A stretch of 57,156 nt of DNA from Candidatus Moranbacteria bacterium CG10_big_fil_rev_8_21_14_0_10_35_21 (GCA_002773095.1 PFCG01000022.1:1-57156), one strand, 5' to 3'. Numbered from the stretch's first letter, positions 39,415 through 51,763 are shown. Program-made: numbers and translations. Notes: generated by a model not told the origin, from the sequence alone.

Positions 39415-40869
39415 TTATTTAATTCTTTGAAAAAGGGGCTCGGCTTCTTTGGTTTCTAAGGCTTTTTTTATTTTTTCGGAAGTTTCGGGCATAAAAGGAA
39501 CTATTAATTTTGAGATTAGATCTAAATCGCCTAATAATTTTTTCATTACTTCCTCAAATTTTTCATGATTATTTTTGGCCAGTTCCCAAGGTTTATTGTC
39601 TTCAATATATTTGTTGTCTTCACGAATTTTATCCCAAATATATTCAAGTGCACGCCCCATTTCAATTGAATAAATTAATTTTGCAAAATCTGGAATTATA
39701 GACACACTATTCATTTTATATTCAACCTCTGAACCTAATTTAATAACTCGCGAAACTAAGTTCCCAATTCCATTTGCCAAATATGCATTATATTTTTCCG
39801 TCAATCTTTCCATCGTCACATCCACATCTTCTCCAAATGTTCCGGCACTTAGTAAAAGATATCGCGTTCCGTCCACTCCAAATTTTTCAATCATTTCTTC
39901 AATTTTTATTACGTTCCCGATAGTTTTGCTCATCTTTTTTCCATCTGAAAGAATATGTCCATGTGTAAACAGTAATTTCGGAAATTTGATTCCCAATTGC
40001 AGAAGCATAATCGGCCAAATAGTGGCGTGAACACGCAAAATATCTTTACCAATCAAATGCACATCAGCCGGCCATTTTTCCGGAATATTTTCCTCATTTC
40101 CATCCCAACCAACTCCAGTCAAATAATTCATAAAAGCATCCACCCAAACATAGGTCGTGTGCGTTTTATCAAAAGGTAATTCTATCCCCCACTTCACATT
40201 TTTTCTGGAAATAGAAATATCTTTCAAATCTTGACCTTCCAAAAACGAAAGGATTTCATTTTTGTATCTTTCTGGAGCAATTTTGAATTCATCATTTTTT
40301 ATTTTTTCAATCAATTCTATTTGCTTGTCTTTCATTTTCAAAAGATAGCATTCTTCATTTGTCATTTCTGGAACCTTGTTATGATCAGAACATTTTCCAT
40401 CTACCAACTCGTTTTCATTTTTAAATTGCTCACAATCGACGCAATATAATCCTTCGTATTCACCTTTATAAATTGCCCCTTTATCAAAAAGAGTTTGCAA
40501 AACTTTTTGCACTACCTTTTTATGATTCTCATCCGTAGTACGAATAAATTTGTCATACTTAACATCCAAATTTTTCCAAATATTTTCAAAATTAACGGCT
40601 ATTTCATCTACAAATTTTTGCGGTTCTATTCCTGCTTCCTCCGCTTTTTTTTGTATTTTCAGTCCGTGTTCATCAGTTCCGGTCAACAAAAAAACTTCTT
40701 CGCCTTGAAGTTTATGGAATCTTGCCAAAACATCACATGCAACCGTAGTATAGGCGTGACCAATATGCGGTTTAGCATTGGCATAATATATCGGAGTAGT
40801 GATATAAAATTTCCCACCTGAGGTGGATCCGCCTTGGGCGGAATTTTCATTCGGTATATTTTTTAGCAT
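39415..40869 (-). CDS. metG: Methionine--tRNA ligase (short form)
   Basis: FYITTPIYY..PHIGHAY, GTDEHG, YVWVDA, KMSKT. Start is uncertain (40869 or 40887). Confidence 0.96.
   Translation of the reverse strand: MLKNIPNENSAQGGSTSGGKFYITTPIYYANAKPHIGHAYTTVACDVLARFHKLQGEEVFLLTGTDEHGLKIQKKAEEAGIEPQKFVDEIAVNFENIWKNLDVKYDKFIRTTDENHKKVVQKVLQTLFDKGAIYKGEYEGLYCVDCEQFKNENELVDGKCSDHNKVPEMTNEECYLLKMKDKQIELIEKIKNDEFKIAPERYKNEILSFLEGQDLKDISISRKNVKWGIELPFDKTHTTYVWVDAFMNYLTGVGWDGNEENIPEKWPADVHLIGKDILRVHATIWPIMLLQLGIKFPKLLFTHGHILSDGKKMSKTIGNVIKIEEMIEKFGVDGTRYLLLSAGTFGEDVDVTMERLTEKYNAYLANGIGNLVSRVIKLGSEVEYKMNSVSIIPDFAKLIYSIEMGRALEYIWDKIREDNKYIEDNKPWELAKNNHEKFEEVMKKLLGDLDLISKLIVPFMPETSEKIKKALETKEAEPLFQRIK
40813..40842. 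repeat. 30-bp double-hairpin element in the metG 5' end (family D)
   Basis: CCCACCTGAGGTGGA + TCCGCCTTGGGCGGA. Confidence 0.8.
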
Positions 40870-40876
40870 AAATGTT

Positions 40877-41545
40877 TCAATAAGCAATTAATGTAAATTC
40901 TCCTTTTATTTTATCCGCGTTATTTTGAAAATATTCTAAAATTTCATCAATTGAGCCACGCACAATTTCTTCAAACATTTTAGTAATTTCCCGTCCAACA
41001 ATTATTTTTTTTGTTCCTCATAGTTCTTTCAAGAGTTCTAGATTTTTTATTACCCTATGAACAGAATCATAATAAATTACCGGATATTTATTCGCTATTA
41101 CTTCTTTAAAAAAAGTTTCTCGCCCTTTCTTGTGCGGAGGAAAACTGAAAAAAACGAACTTTTGCATATTTATTCCTGAAACGCTAGCCAGAGCCGAAAG
41201 TGCTGAAGGACCGGGAATAGGCACTACAGAAATTCCCTTTTTAACTGCCTCTTCCACTAACTTATTGCCAGGATCAGAAATACCAGGAGTTCCAGCATCA
41301 GTAATCAGAGCGATATTTTTCCCAGATTCAATTTCGGAAATTATTTTTTCTAATTTAGAGATTTTGGAATGCTGAAAAAAACTGATAGTGGGGGTGTTTA
41401 TCTCATATCTACTCATCAACTTTTTTGCCACTCTGGTGTCCTCACAAGCTACTGAATCAGCCATTTTTAGAACTTCCACAGCTCGAAATGTGATATCCTT
41501 CAAATTGCCAATAGGCGTTGCCACAATGTATAAATATACCTGCAT
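40877..41545 (-). pseudogene. rsmI: 16S rRNA C1402 2'-O-methyltransferase with an internal in-frame TGA
   Basis: LYIVATPIGNL, ACEDTR, DAGTPGISDPG. After the TGA at 41018-41020 the same frame continues GREITKMFEEIVRG...KGEFTLI*. Confidence 0.85.
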
Positions 41546-41638
41546 TCATAGATTCAGTTTATCTTATTTATCACTATTTTTCAAATTTATACTCTTATCC
41601 ACTCACACTTTAACACTAACTATTTTTTTCTTCTTAAT

Positions 41639-41664
41639 ATAAAAAACCCTTAAGGGTTTTTTAT
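41639..41664. terminator. Palindromic, possibly bidirectional terminator
   Basis: ATAAAAAACCCTTAAGGGTTTTTTAT downstream of the AI-2E gene. Confidence 0.6.
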
Positions 41665-41686
41665 TTTTTATACCTAAGTATTAGGC

Positions 41687-42703
41687 TTATTTTTTGTTAA
41701 AAAAATCTCCTACAAAAACACTCGCCGCTGCTGCTACCGGAATGGCAAAAACTACCCCTAAAAATCCGGCAATTTTAGCGCCGACCAATATAGAGATAAT
41801 TACCACAATAGGATTAAGACCAACAGTTTTTTTCATTATTTGCGGAGAAATAACATTATTTTCCAATTGCTGAACAATCACAAAGAGCAACAATACCAAA
41901 AGACCAGTCAGCGGAGAAATGATAAATCCCAAGATAACGGCTGGAATAGCTGAAATAATTGGACCAACATAAGGGATAATTTCCATTATTCCAGCGAAAA
42001 TAGCTAGAGCTAAAGCATAGGGAACTCCAATAATATAAAGTCCTATTAAATCCAGCAAAAATACAACTAGCATGAGCAACATCTGCCCTTGCATCCACTT
42101 TCCAATTTTTGCTTTTATTCTTTCTGTTAACGAAACCGCATATTCATGATGTTTAGCTGGCGTAATCAAAACTATAAACTTCCGAATACTATTTTCTACT
42201 ACTGACATATAAAAAGCCAGCGCAAAAACAATTAGTATAGAAACAAAACCAGAAAAAACTCCGATTGTTCCTGAAAAAACTTTATTAGGAAAACCAGCAA
42301 TCAAACCACTGAAATTATCTGCCAACTGCTGAATATCTATATTAATATTTTGAGATTCAAAATAACTCAGCACTCCATAAAAAGAGGCTTCTATTCTCTG
42401 AAAGTAATTGGAAAAATTAGCTCCAAAATCTTTAAATTGGTCCACTAGTGGCGGAATTAAAAAAGCTACCGAAAGTCCCAATACCAGCGCGATTAAAAAA
42501 AACATAATCAAAACTCCAGCTGTTCGAGGAATTCTTTTTCTTTGCATCCAATCTACTGCCGGATCAATGACCGCCACTATAAGAACCGCAATAAAAAGTA
42601 AGGCTAAAATATCCTTAATCAAATATAAAAACCAAATACCTATAAGAATCAAGATGGTTCTCAAGACTATTCCGGTAGAAATTTCGATTTTTTGATTCTC
42701 CAT
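41687..42703 (-). CDS. AI-2E family transporter
   Basis: IIPYVGP, QQLENNVISPQIM, GLNP, GVVFAIP. Confidence 0.92.
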   Translation of the reverse strand: MENQKIEISTGIVLRTILILIGIWFLYLIKDILALLFIAVLIVAVIDPAVDWMQRKRIPRTAGVLIMFFLIALVLGLSVAFLIPPLVDQFKDFGANFSNYFQRIEASFYGVLSYFESQNINIDIQQLADNFSGLIAGFPNKVFSGTIGVFSGFVSILIVFALAFYMSVVENSIRKFIVLITPAKHHEYAVSLTERIKAKIGKWMQGQMLLMLVVFLLDLIGLYIIGVPYALALAIFAGIMEIIPYVGPIISAIPAVILGFIISPLTGLLVLLLFVIVQQLENNVISPQIMKKTVGLNPIVVIISILVGAKIAGFLGVVFAIPVAAAASVFVGDFFNKK

Positions 42704-42731
42704 ATTTATAGCTTAATTATATACCTTTTTG

Positions 42732-44000
42732 TTAAAATTTCAATATTTTTCTAAAGCGCTCAGAATTATTATGTGGCCCGATAATAGCGAGATTTAACTT
42801 CTTATTTTGGAACACTAATTTAGCTATCCGCAAAATATCCTCACTGGTTACCTTTAAAATTTTGCGTAAAACTTCCTCAGGCAATTCAATTTTAACTTTT
42901 CTGATTTCCTGATTAGCAAAAAACATTGCCATTTCATCCGAAGATTCTAGCCCAATCACCTTTTTACCGCTAATATAATCTTTCGCTTTTTGCAGTTCTT
43001 TTACGCTTACTTTTTGATTAGTCATCTTTCGACATTCTCGCAAAACGGTTTTTATGGTTAATTCTAAATTGCTATGCTTAACTCCCGCTTGAGTAGCTAT
43101 ATAACCACAACCCTTGAAATATTCCGTTCCGGTTCGAATGTAATAAGCCAGTCCTTTTTTTTCACGCACTTCGGTAAACAGCCGACTGCTCATATTGCCT
43201 CCTAAAATTATTCCCATCAAGGTTAATATATAGCGATCCTTGTGATCCTCGTCTAAGGATCGTAAACCCAGCACAAAATGTGTTTGATCAGTTTTTTTAA
43301 ATTTAATTTTAATTTCTGACTGAGATTGTTTTTCGATAACTTTTTTAAATTCTGACTTTTCCCCTTTTTTTATTTTGGAAAAATATTTATTTAACTGGGA
43401 AATTAATTTTTTTTCATTAAATTTACCAGCCACACATAGAACCGTATTGTCAGCTAAATAAAATTTATGCATATAGGCCAATAAGGTTTTTCGATTCAAC
43501 GAGCTTATAGTTTTTTTGGTTCCAATAATATCTCTTCCTAAGGGATTTTTAGTATATAATAATCTTTCAAAAACATCGGTCACCATACTCATTGGCATAT
43601 CCTCATACATACTCATTTCTTGTAAAATAGCTCCTCTTTCTTTCTCTATCTCTTTCACATCGATTTTAGAATTTAAATAAATATCCGAAATAACATCCAG
43701 GGCTTTTTCTAGGTGTTTAGCATCTACTTTGGCAAAATAGCCAGTTCGATCCTTAGAAGTAAAGGCATTAAATAATCCGCCTATGGAATCCAACTCTTCG
43801 GAAATCTTCAAAGCTGTTTGGCGTTTTTTGGTTCCTTTAAAAAGCATATGCTCCACAAAATGAGAAGCTCCAGCTTCATCATCATTTTCATAGCGCGATC
43901 CAGTTCCCACCAAAACTACTACCGAAGCTACCTGAGTTTCTTTTATCGGTACCAAAATAACCGGCAATCCGTTTTTAAGAATAATTTTTTTGTACTTCAT
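42732..44000 (-). CDS. M16-family zinc peptidase
   Basis: HFVEH inverted zinc motif, NAFTS, SSRLFTEVREKKGLAY. Confidence 0.94.
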   Translation of the reverse strand: MKYKKIILKNGLPVILVPIKETQVASVVVLVGTGSRYENDDEAGASHFVEHMLFKGTKKRQTALKISEELDSIGGLFNAFTSKDRTGYFAKVDAKHLEKALDVISDIYLNSKIDVKEIEKERGAILQEMSMYEDMPMSMVTDVFERLLYTKNPLGRDIIGTKKTISSLNRKTLLAYMHKFYLADNTVLCVAGKFNEKKLISQLNKYFSKIKKGEKSEFKKVIEKQSQSEIKIKFKKTDQTHFVLGLRSLDEDHKDRYILTLMGIILGGNMSSRLFTEVREKKGLAYYIRTGTEYFKGCGYIATQAGVKHSNLELTIKTVLRECRKMTNQKVSVKELQKAKDYISGKKVIGLESSDEMAMFFANQEIRKVKIELPEEVLRKILKVTSEDILRIAKLVFQNKKLNLAIIGPHNNSERFRKILKF

Positions 44001-44009
44001 GAAGGAATT

Positions 44010-44972
44010 TTAATTTCTACACACACGAATGAGCCCAGAACAAGGAATAATTTCTATACCTTTTTTCTCCAGTTGATCCAAAAAAAGATTCATACCAATA
44101 GAATCGGATGAAATATGTCCCGCCACGACCACATTGATATGGGCCTTTTCTGCCTCTTTACGATGTTCCTCGCTTTGATGCATAGAAATTACCGTGCCAA
44201 TTCCAGCTTGAGACATTTTTTCATACATTTTTGGACTACCCTCTGTTCCTCCAGTAATTTCCACGAAAGCGATTTTACCAGTTCGATTTTCCTCCGATCC
44301 AGTAAAGAGAACTGGGCCAGAACCGCGTTTAGCTGCTTCGGCATATTCCGGTATTTCTAAAAGCGATTTAACTATGTCTCCAACATATTCTGGTTTATCT
44401 TTTAGTATTTTTTTCTCAACAAATTTAGCCACTAGATTATCGGCTGGTGTATGCACATTCATTAAGTTAATATCCACTAATTGCGCCGAATCTACAACTT
44501 GAAAATGATTAATTGGATTTACTCCTCGGCTAACTTCACTGATCCTTACTTTCATTAGAGATTCAGCAATATTTATAGGCACTCCATATTGGGAGAGAAC
44601 CTCAGCTTGAAGATGCATAACATCCGAGAGATCAGCCAAGGCTTTGCCAATCGGATGATGAGAAATAACTAAATCTATTTTCTTTGTGCCATGATTACTT
44701 AAATATCGAGCTATCATCATTTCGGCCGAATCGATATCTATTCCCGCCATTACTCTTTTGACATTTTTTATTCCATTGTCAAAAGCAATGCGTGAATCAA
44801 TATAGGGATTGACCAGTTTTTCTTTGTCAAAAAGTTCTTTCTCTTTTTTGGAAAGTTTTTCGTATTTTTCTTTAATTCTTTTTAAATTTTTTTCGATCTG
44901 CTCTTTCGGACGAAAATCATTTTTGATTCCCATTTCAATCGCCAGTTTATAGATTTCTTGGATATTTGCCAT
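44010..44972 (-). CDS. NIF3-like protein
   Basis: ISHHP, HTPADN, SMH, AGHISSDSIG. Start moved to MANIQ at 44972. Confidence 0.8.
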   Translation of the reverse strand: MANIQEIYKLAIEMGIKNDFRPKEQIEKNLKRIKEKYEKLSKKEKELFDKEKLVNPYIDSRIAFDNGIKNVKRVMAGIDIDSAEMMIARYLSNHGTKKIDLVISHHPIGKALADLSDVMHLQAEVLSQYGVPINIAESLMKVRISEVSRGVNPINHFQVVDSAQLVDINLMNVHTPADNLVAKFVEKKILKDKPEYVGDIVKSLLEIPEYAEAAKRGSGPVLFTGSEENRTGKIAFVEITGGTEGSPKMYEKMSQAGIGTVISMHQSEEHRKEAEKAHINVVVAGHISSDSIGMNLFLDQLEKKGIEIIPCSGLIRVCRN

Positions 44973-45018
44973 ATTTGTCTGCGAGGTACGAGTAGCTATC
45001 CCGAGTACTCGGGAAGCA

Positions 45019-45130
45019 TCCCGCACTAATTCGCTATTAAAAAAATTATTGCTACCTAACTTTAGCCGCAGGCGAATTCGCAATTAAAATTTCACACTAC
45101 CTTGAAACTTTATTGGAATTAGTTGCGGGA
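45019..45130. repeat. 112-bp MITE-like element (family G), next to a 16-bp palindrome
   Basis: TCCCGCACTAATTC / GAATTAGTTGCGGGA (one indel); TCCCGAGTACTCGGGA at 44999-45014. Confidence 0.6.
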
Positions 45131-45150
45131 CATACAATTTAATTACGTAA

Positions 45151-46476
45151 TTAATTACCTAAATTTTTTGAAAAATAATTTTGCAATTCGGAAATTTTTA
45201 TTCTTTCTTGCTTCATAGTATCGCGATCACGCACAGTCACCGCTTCATCTTCCAATGTTTCAAAATCAATAGTCACGCAATATGGTGTTCCAATTTCATC
45301 TTGTCGACGATATCTTTTGCCAATCGACTGAGTGATATCATATTCACACCTGAAATTATTGGATAAATCAGTATATATCTTCTGGCTAATTTTTTCAAGT
45401 TCCGGTTTTTTGGAAAGCGGTAGAATAGCTATTTTTATTGGAGAAATGGCTTTTTTAAGCCTTAAAACTACTCTGGTTTCTTTTTTACCTTCTGCACCGG
45501 AAACCTCTTCTTCAGTATAAGCCGATAATAAAATAGCCAACATAGCTCTCTCCACTCCTAAACTTGGCTCAATCACATGAGGAATATATTTTTTCCCCGA
45601 TTCTGCATCAAAATATTTCAAATCTCTTCCACTAGCTTTTTCATGAGCATTTAAATCAAAATCGGTTCTATAGGCAATTCCAAAAAGTTCTTTTCTCCCA
45701 AAAGGAAAATTAAATTCCACGTCCACTGTTCTTTTGGAATAATGCGCCCGCTCTCCATCCGGAATTTCATGAAAAAATAATTTTTTATCATCAATACCAG
45801 CTTCTTCCATCCACTTTTTCCAATTTTCCAGCATAATTTCAAAATATTTTTTCCAATCCTCTTTAGGATTAAAAAAATACTCAATTTCCATCTGCTCAAA
45901 TTCACGAGTACGAAAAATAAAATTTCCAGGAGTAATTTCATTGCGAAAAGATTTCCCAATTTGGGCTACTCCGAATGGTATCTTCTTTTTTCCGGTTTGA
46001 GCTAATGTGGGGAAATCCACAAAAATAGCTTGGGCTGTTTCCGGACGAAGATAAACCTCGGCTGACTTATCTTCCGTCGGACCCAAAAAAGTTTTCAGTA
46101 GTCCACTAAACATCTGTGATTCAGTCAGTTCTCCGGAACATTCTGGACATTTATTTTTAATTTCATCGGCCCGAAATCTTTTGTGGCATTTTTTACATTC
46201 CACCAATGGATCCTTGAATTCTTTCAGATGCCCTGAGGCTTCCCAAACTTTGGGATTCATCAGGATAGCTGCGTCCAAGCCAATCATATCGTTTCTTTTT
46301 TGCACAAAAGTCTTCCACCAATGTTTTTTAATATTATTTTTCATCTCCACGCCCAAAGGACCAAAATCCCAGGCGTTGGCTAAACCACCATAAATTTCCG
46401 ATCCGGGGAAAACAAAACCACGCTGTTTGGCCAGCGAAATTATTTTGTCCATTAATTCTTCATTGTTTTTGTTCAT
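45151..46476 (-). CDS. glyQS: Glycine--tRNA ligase, alpha2 type
   Basis: SEIYGG, LRPETAQ, FRNEITPGNFIFRTREFEQME, IEPSLG, SIGKRYRRQDEIGTP. Confidence 0.97.
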   Translation of the reverse strand: MNKNNEELMDKIISLAKQRGFVFPGSEIYGGLANAWDFGPLGVEMKNNIKKHWWKTFVQKRNDMIGLDAAILMNPKVWEASGHLKEFKDPLVECKKCHKRFRADEIKNKCPECSGELTESQMFSGLLKTFLGPTEDKSAEVYLRPETAQAIFVDFPTLAQTGKKKIPFGVAQIGKSFRNEITPGNFIFRTREFEQMEIEYFFNPKEDWKKYFEIMLENWKKWMEEAGIDDKKLFFHEIPDGERAHYSKRTVDVEFNFPFGRKELFGIAYRTDFDLNAHEKASGRDLKYFDAESGKKYIPHVIEPSLGVERAMLAILLSAYTEEEVSGAEGKKETRVVLRLKKAISPIKIAILPLSKKPELEKISQKIYTDLSNNFRCEYDITQSIGKRYRRQDEIGTPYCVTIDFETLEDEAVTVRDRDTMKQERIKISELQNYFSKNLGN

Positions 46477-46600
46477 AAATTTTCGATTATAAATCGATCA
46501 GCCTATGGTTGATATTTTCATCATACCTCAAGATTAGACTGTTTACAACTTTCTTTCGCATTTTAGCCATTAAGCCTATAATTGAGTCAGATTTAACGCC

Positions 46601-47172
46601 ATGAAAACAAAAATCAAAAATTATGCCTCTTTTACCTTGATTGAGCTTTTGATCGTTATCGCTATCATTGGAATTCTAGCTAGTGTTGTGTTGGTTTCTT
46701 TAAATGTTGCCCGCCAAAAAGCCAGAGATAACGCCGCCCTAGCTACAGCGGAGAGTGTTGGAAAAGCTTTGCAATCCTGTTCTCAACTTACTGAATATTC
46801 CAAGGATCCTTATTGGTACTGCCCAATATTTCTTGGGGAAACTCCTGGCACTCCGTCATCTGCTCAAACTTGTACCTGTGATCTTTTTCCTTGTTGTATC
46901 TGCGATGAAGCAGATGCCCACCTGGGGCTTCACTATGTTCTGCCCTCCCTAATACTAAATTGCCCAGTCTTCCACCAGGCTAGAGTTATTACTCAATATT
47001 TTGGGGGACATTTACAGGACCAGTGGAAACGGGTCCAGGTCAAACAAAGCCGAGAGTTGGTCCTATTTTTTTCGTAAAAATTCAAAATGGAGCAAAAAAC
47101 ATTATTTGTGATGACGTAGGAAGATTGAATATTAATTATGGAACAAGTAGTTGCTATAAAACGGGTTTTTGA
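46601..47172 (+). pseudogene. Type IV pilin-like gene with a frameshift and an internal TAG
   Basis: FTLIELLIVIAIIGILA N-terminus. The alternative frame from about 46910 reads RCPPGASLC..LPSLPPG*SYY..KNIIC..SCYKTGF*. Confidence 0.7.
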
Positions 47173-48428
47173 TTTATTTTCCTCCTCAATAAACTTTTTT
47201 CTTCCAAAACTTTATCAAACTCAAAAAAATATTCATTCTTGTGTCCGCCGTGCGCCTCGGCGACTTTTTGTTTATTGTGATTATAAATTTTTTTAATTTT
47301 CAATTTATAATCACCCCCTGGAGAAACGGCTTCTAAAATATCATTTTGAAATATTTCATTATGTACTTTCACCCGAGATAATTTACCTTCATTCCCAGTC
47401 ACTTCCCCAACAAATTGAACCAAGTTTTTGAAATTATCCGAATGAAAATTATGTTCTGGCTCATTACCTAATAGAAAACCTTTGGTATACCCGCGATTAA
47501 CCAGCAAAGTTAAATCTTTTTGGCTTTTTTTAACTGATCCAATTAATTCTTTGCCTTTTCCCAGAGAGCTAATTACTCGTTGATAAGCCCGACAAACTAT
47601 TGAAATATAATAAACGCTCTTGGCTCGGCCTTCGATTTTAAAAGATTCCACGCCAGCTTCCGCCAAGTCTTTCAGATGCTCAATTAAATTTAAATCATAA
47701 CTATTGAAAAAATAAGTTCCGTGTTGATCTTCTTCTAAATCAATTTCAAAACGATTCCTTTCGTCTTTCACACTTATATTTTTTGTTTCATGTTTTATGT
47801 TACATGTTGTATGATATCGCCATCGGCAGGGCTGAGTACAGTCTCCTAAATTAGCACTGCGATTATTCATCCATTTACTCAAAATACAGCGTCCAGAATA
47901 ACTCATACACATAGCTCCATGCACAAAATATTCCAATTCCATTTTAGGAACATTTTTTTTGATTTCTCTAATTTCTTCCAGCGTCACTTCCCGAGCTAAA
48001 ACCACTCGTTTAACACCCTGCTCGTGCCAAAATTTTACCGCTTGCCAATTAGTGGCATTGGCTTGAGTAGAAAGATGAATTTCCGTTTCAGGACAATATT
48101 TTTTTATTAACCTTATTATTCCTGGATCACTGACTATAATTCCGTCTACTTTTATTTTTTTCAAAAACTTAAGATGCTTTTCCACCTTCGCTAAATGACT
48201 ATGATGGGCATAGATATTTAAAGTCACATATATTTTTTTTCCTTTTTTATGCGTATATTCCACTCCTGCTTTTAATGTTTTCTCATCAAAATTATTAATT
48301 CTGGCGCGTAAAGAAAAGTCCGGTATACCGGCATAAACTGCGTCCGCTCCATAATGCAACGCGTATTTTAATTTTTCTGGGCTCCCCGCCGGCGCAAGAA
48401 GTTCTAAATTATTTTGTCTACTCTTCAT
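47154..48428 (-). CDS. U32-family peptidase-like protein (TrhP/YegQ-like)
   Basis: ELLAPAG, GADAVY, HLSTQ, HGAMCMSYSGRC, CTQPCR, KIEGR. Start at MKSRQ. Confidence 0.9.
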   Translation of the reverse strand: MKSRQNNLELLAPAGSPEKLKYALHYGADAVYAGIPDFSLRARINNFDEKTLKAGVEYTHKKGKKIYVTLNIYAHHSHLAKVEKHLKFLKKIKVDGIIVSDPGIIRLIKKYCPETEIHLSTQANATNWQAVKFWHEQGVKRVVLAREVTLEEIREIKKNVPKMELEYFVHGAMCMSYSGRCILSKWMNNRSANLGDCTQPCRWRYHTTCNIKHETKNISVKDERNRFEIDLEEDQHGTYFFNSYDLNLIEHLKDLAEAGVESFKIEGRAKSVYYISIVCRAYQRVISSLGKGKELIGSVKKSQKDLTLLVNRGYTKGFLLGNEPEHNFHSDNFKNLVQFVGEVTGNEGKLSRVKVHNEIFQNDILEAVSPGGDYKLKIKKIYNHNKQKVAEAHGGHKNEYFFEFDKVLEEKSLLRRKINQKPVL

Positions 48429-48529
48429 TATTTTACAAATACCTTTATTATGCTTTGGCGGGCAAGCCCTCCGGCGCAAGAAGTTTAATACTTTTCATTT
48501 TTTTATTGAGTATTTTGATTATGTTTCGA

Positions 48530-49795
<1,266 letters not shown>

Positions 49796-51709
49796 CTAGT
49801 TGGCAATAACTTTATAACCCGTACCTGCAATGCCTGAATCTTCTCTCAATCGAGTATCTTTAGCATCAACTTGAGCAGAAAGATTAGCTCCAGTAAATAA
49901 ATCACGAGCAGAATAAACTGATTCTCCGGTAAGAGCCACTGGTTGATTTTGTTGATTAGAAGCAGGAACGATTTTAACTTGAAAAACTATTTCTCTTTTG
50001 GCAGTTAGAATTCCCATTCCAGATGAAATATCTCCAATCACCCAGGTTAGTTTATTGTTTCTCTCATCATATGTCAAATTAGAATTCTCTGGATATTTTT
50101 TCCCAGTGTAAACTACCCCCGTTGGTAAAATTGTTTCCACTTTAGCATCCGCTACATCATTGGAAATATTCATAACCTTCCAATGAATTGAATAAGTGGT
50201 TTCCGCTCCGACTGTCGGCGGTATTGGTCCTGAATTTCCGATTACCGAATCATTATAATATCCTTCAGCATCAACAACTAATTTGGAATTCACCCTCACA
50301 TCCACTTTATTACCAGCAATAATTTTATTCATTTCCAAAGGAGTGGGCACATCTGGACTATCAATTCTAGCTAGAAAAGGAATAGAAAAATTTTTATCAT
50401 CAGCAGTAACAATCGGAAATACGTTTTTTAATTTTATGCTAAAGCTTATTTTCCCTCCAGCACCTGCCTCAAGATTAGCTAAAATAGGAAAATCAGAAGC
50501 TTTCCAGGTTATAGTCTTAGTTTCCTCACTAAAGGCCCCTTTTCTGTTAAGTTTTAAACTGGAATAATCTAGCATTGGGCTGTCTATTTTTTCCGTTATA
50601 ATAACATTGCTCAAACCTAATTCTCCAGTGTTGCCATATTGAATTTCCACAAAAAGCTCTCCACCGGCATCAGCCCTTACTTCTACATTATTATTAACTA
50701 CTTGGATAATAGAAAGTGGAGATCTAATAATTTTTGTTTCGGTTGTTTCTTCGTTATAACTAACAAATTGTCCTTGACTAACTGTTCCAAGTTCTGCTTT
50801 AGTTTTTTTGATTTGATCCTTTTCCCCTTCCAATTTTCCACTAATAACAATTTTTCCTTCTTCGCCAGGAGAAAGATTACCAAGATGCCAAATATTTTCT
50901 CCTTCAGAAACTTTCGGTTCAGAAGAAGAAAAAGAAAATCCTTCCGCATAATCCAATTTAACTCTCACATTTCCAAATTCCTCTATTCCGTTATTTTTAT
51001 AAGTAATCAAATAATCCACTGCATCTCCGTTGGAAATATTTAGTGGCCCAGTTATTTCCATATTCATAGCCGTGGAAGTCACGTTGATTCCCAACTGATT
51101 GCTGGATGTAAATTGACTATTGAAATTGGAAGGAGTATAGAGAAGCTCAGCTTTTAGATATAGCAAGGTCCCCTTTGGACTATAAATGCGACTATTTAAA
51201 ATAATTTTTCCTTCTGTATGAGCTTTAATATCACCAATTTCCGCGATACTATTGTCTAAGCCTTGCGCTTTTAGATTAGGATCAACCTCCGGTCTAAGGC
51301 TTTCGGGATAATTTAATCTAAGAGAAGCATTTTTTAAATCTACTCGATTATCATTTTTATATTTTATTTCGTAGGTTATAAATTTACCACTTTCTACATC
51401 AGTCTTGCCTTCAATAGAAATGATTACTTTTTTTTCACTAAAAGCCGACTGCCGGATTTTATAAACGATACCCCCTACAGCTACAATAAAAAATATTACG
51501 CTTAATATGATAGCGCCAATTTTAATAAACTTTTTTTGTTCTTCAATAAAGCCTTTTTTTTCTTCCACCCATTGATCTTCCTGTTTATTTTCTTCTGAAG
51601 AAACTCCTTTCGTTATTCCTTCAGTATCAAATTCTGTTTTATCATGCTGACTCAGATTAGAATCGGCCTCTTTTTTATAAAGCTTATTTTTGATTTCCGA
51701 TAAAGCCAT
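49796..51709 (-). CDS. Membrane-anchored protein with repeated Ig/DUF11-like domains
   Basis: Single TM near the N-terminus; repeated 'G..I.Y.I.Y.N' and 'W.(L/I)G.L' beta-sandwich units. Confidence 0.75.
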   Translation of the reverse strand: MALSEIKNKLYKKEADSNLSQHDKTEFDTEGITKGVSSEENKQEDQWVEEKKGFIEEQKKFIKIGAIILSVIFFIVAVGGIVYKIRQSAFSEKKVIISIEGKTDVESGKFITYEIKYKNDNRVDLKNASLRLNYPESLRPEVDPNLKAQGLDNSIAEIGDIKAHTEGKIILNSRIYSPKGTLLYLKAELLYTPSNFNSQFTSSNQLGINVTSTAMNMEITGPLNISNGDAVDYLITYKNNGIEEFGNVRVKLDYAEGFSFSSSEPKVSEGENIWHLGNLSPGEEGKIVISGKLEGEKDQIKKTKAELGTVSQGQFVSYNEETTETKIIRSPLSIIQVVNNNVEVRADAGGELFVEIQYGNTGELGLSNVIITEKIDSPMLDYSSLKLNRKGAFSEETKTITWKASDFPILANLEAGAGGKISFSIKLKNVFPIVTADDKNFSIPFLARIDSPDVPTPLEMNKIIAGNKVDVRVNSKLVVDAEGYYNDSVIGNSGPIPPTVGAETTYSIHWKVMNISNDVADAKVETILPTGVVYTGKKYPENSNLTYDERNNKLTWVIGDISSGMGILTAKREIVFQVKIVPASNQQNQPVALTGESVYSARDLFTGANLSAQVDAKDTRLREDSGIAGTGYKVIAN

Positions 51710-51763
51710 CTTTTTGTTTTATTTTACCCCTTTATTTTATATGATTTAGCCCTTTTTATCAAA

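Noticed and set aside
41018..41020. Genetic code 25 (TGA=Gly)
   Set aside because: TGA terminates topA and atpF at their expected ends, and the other long ORFs are intact under code 11.
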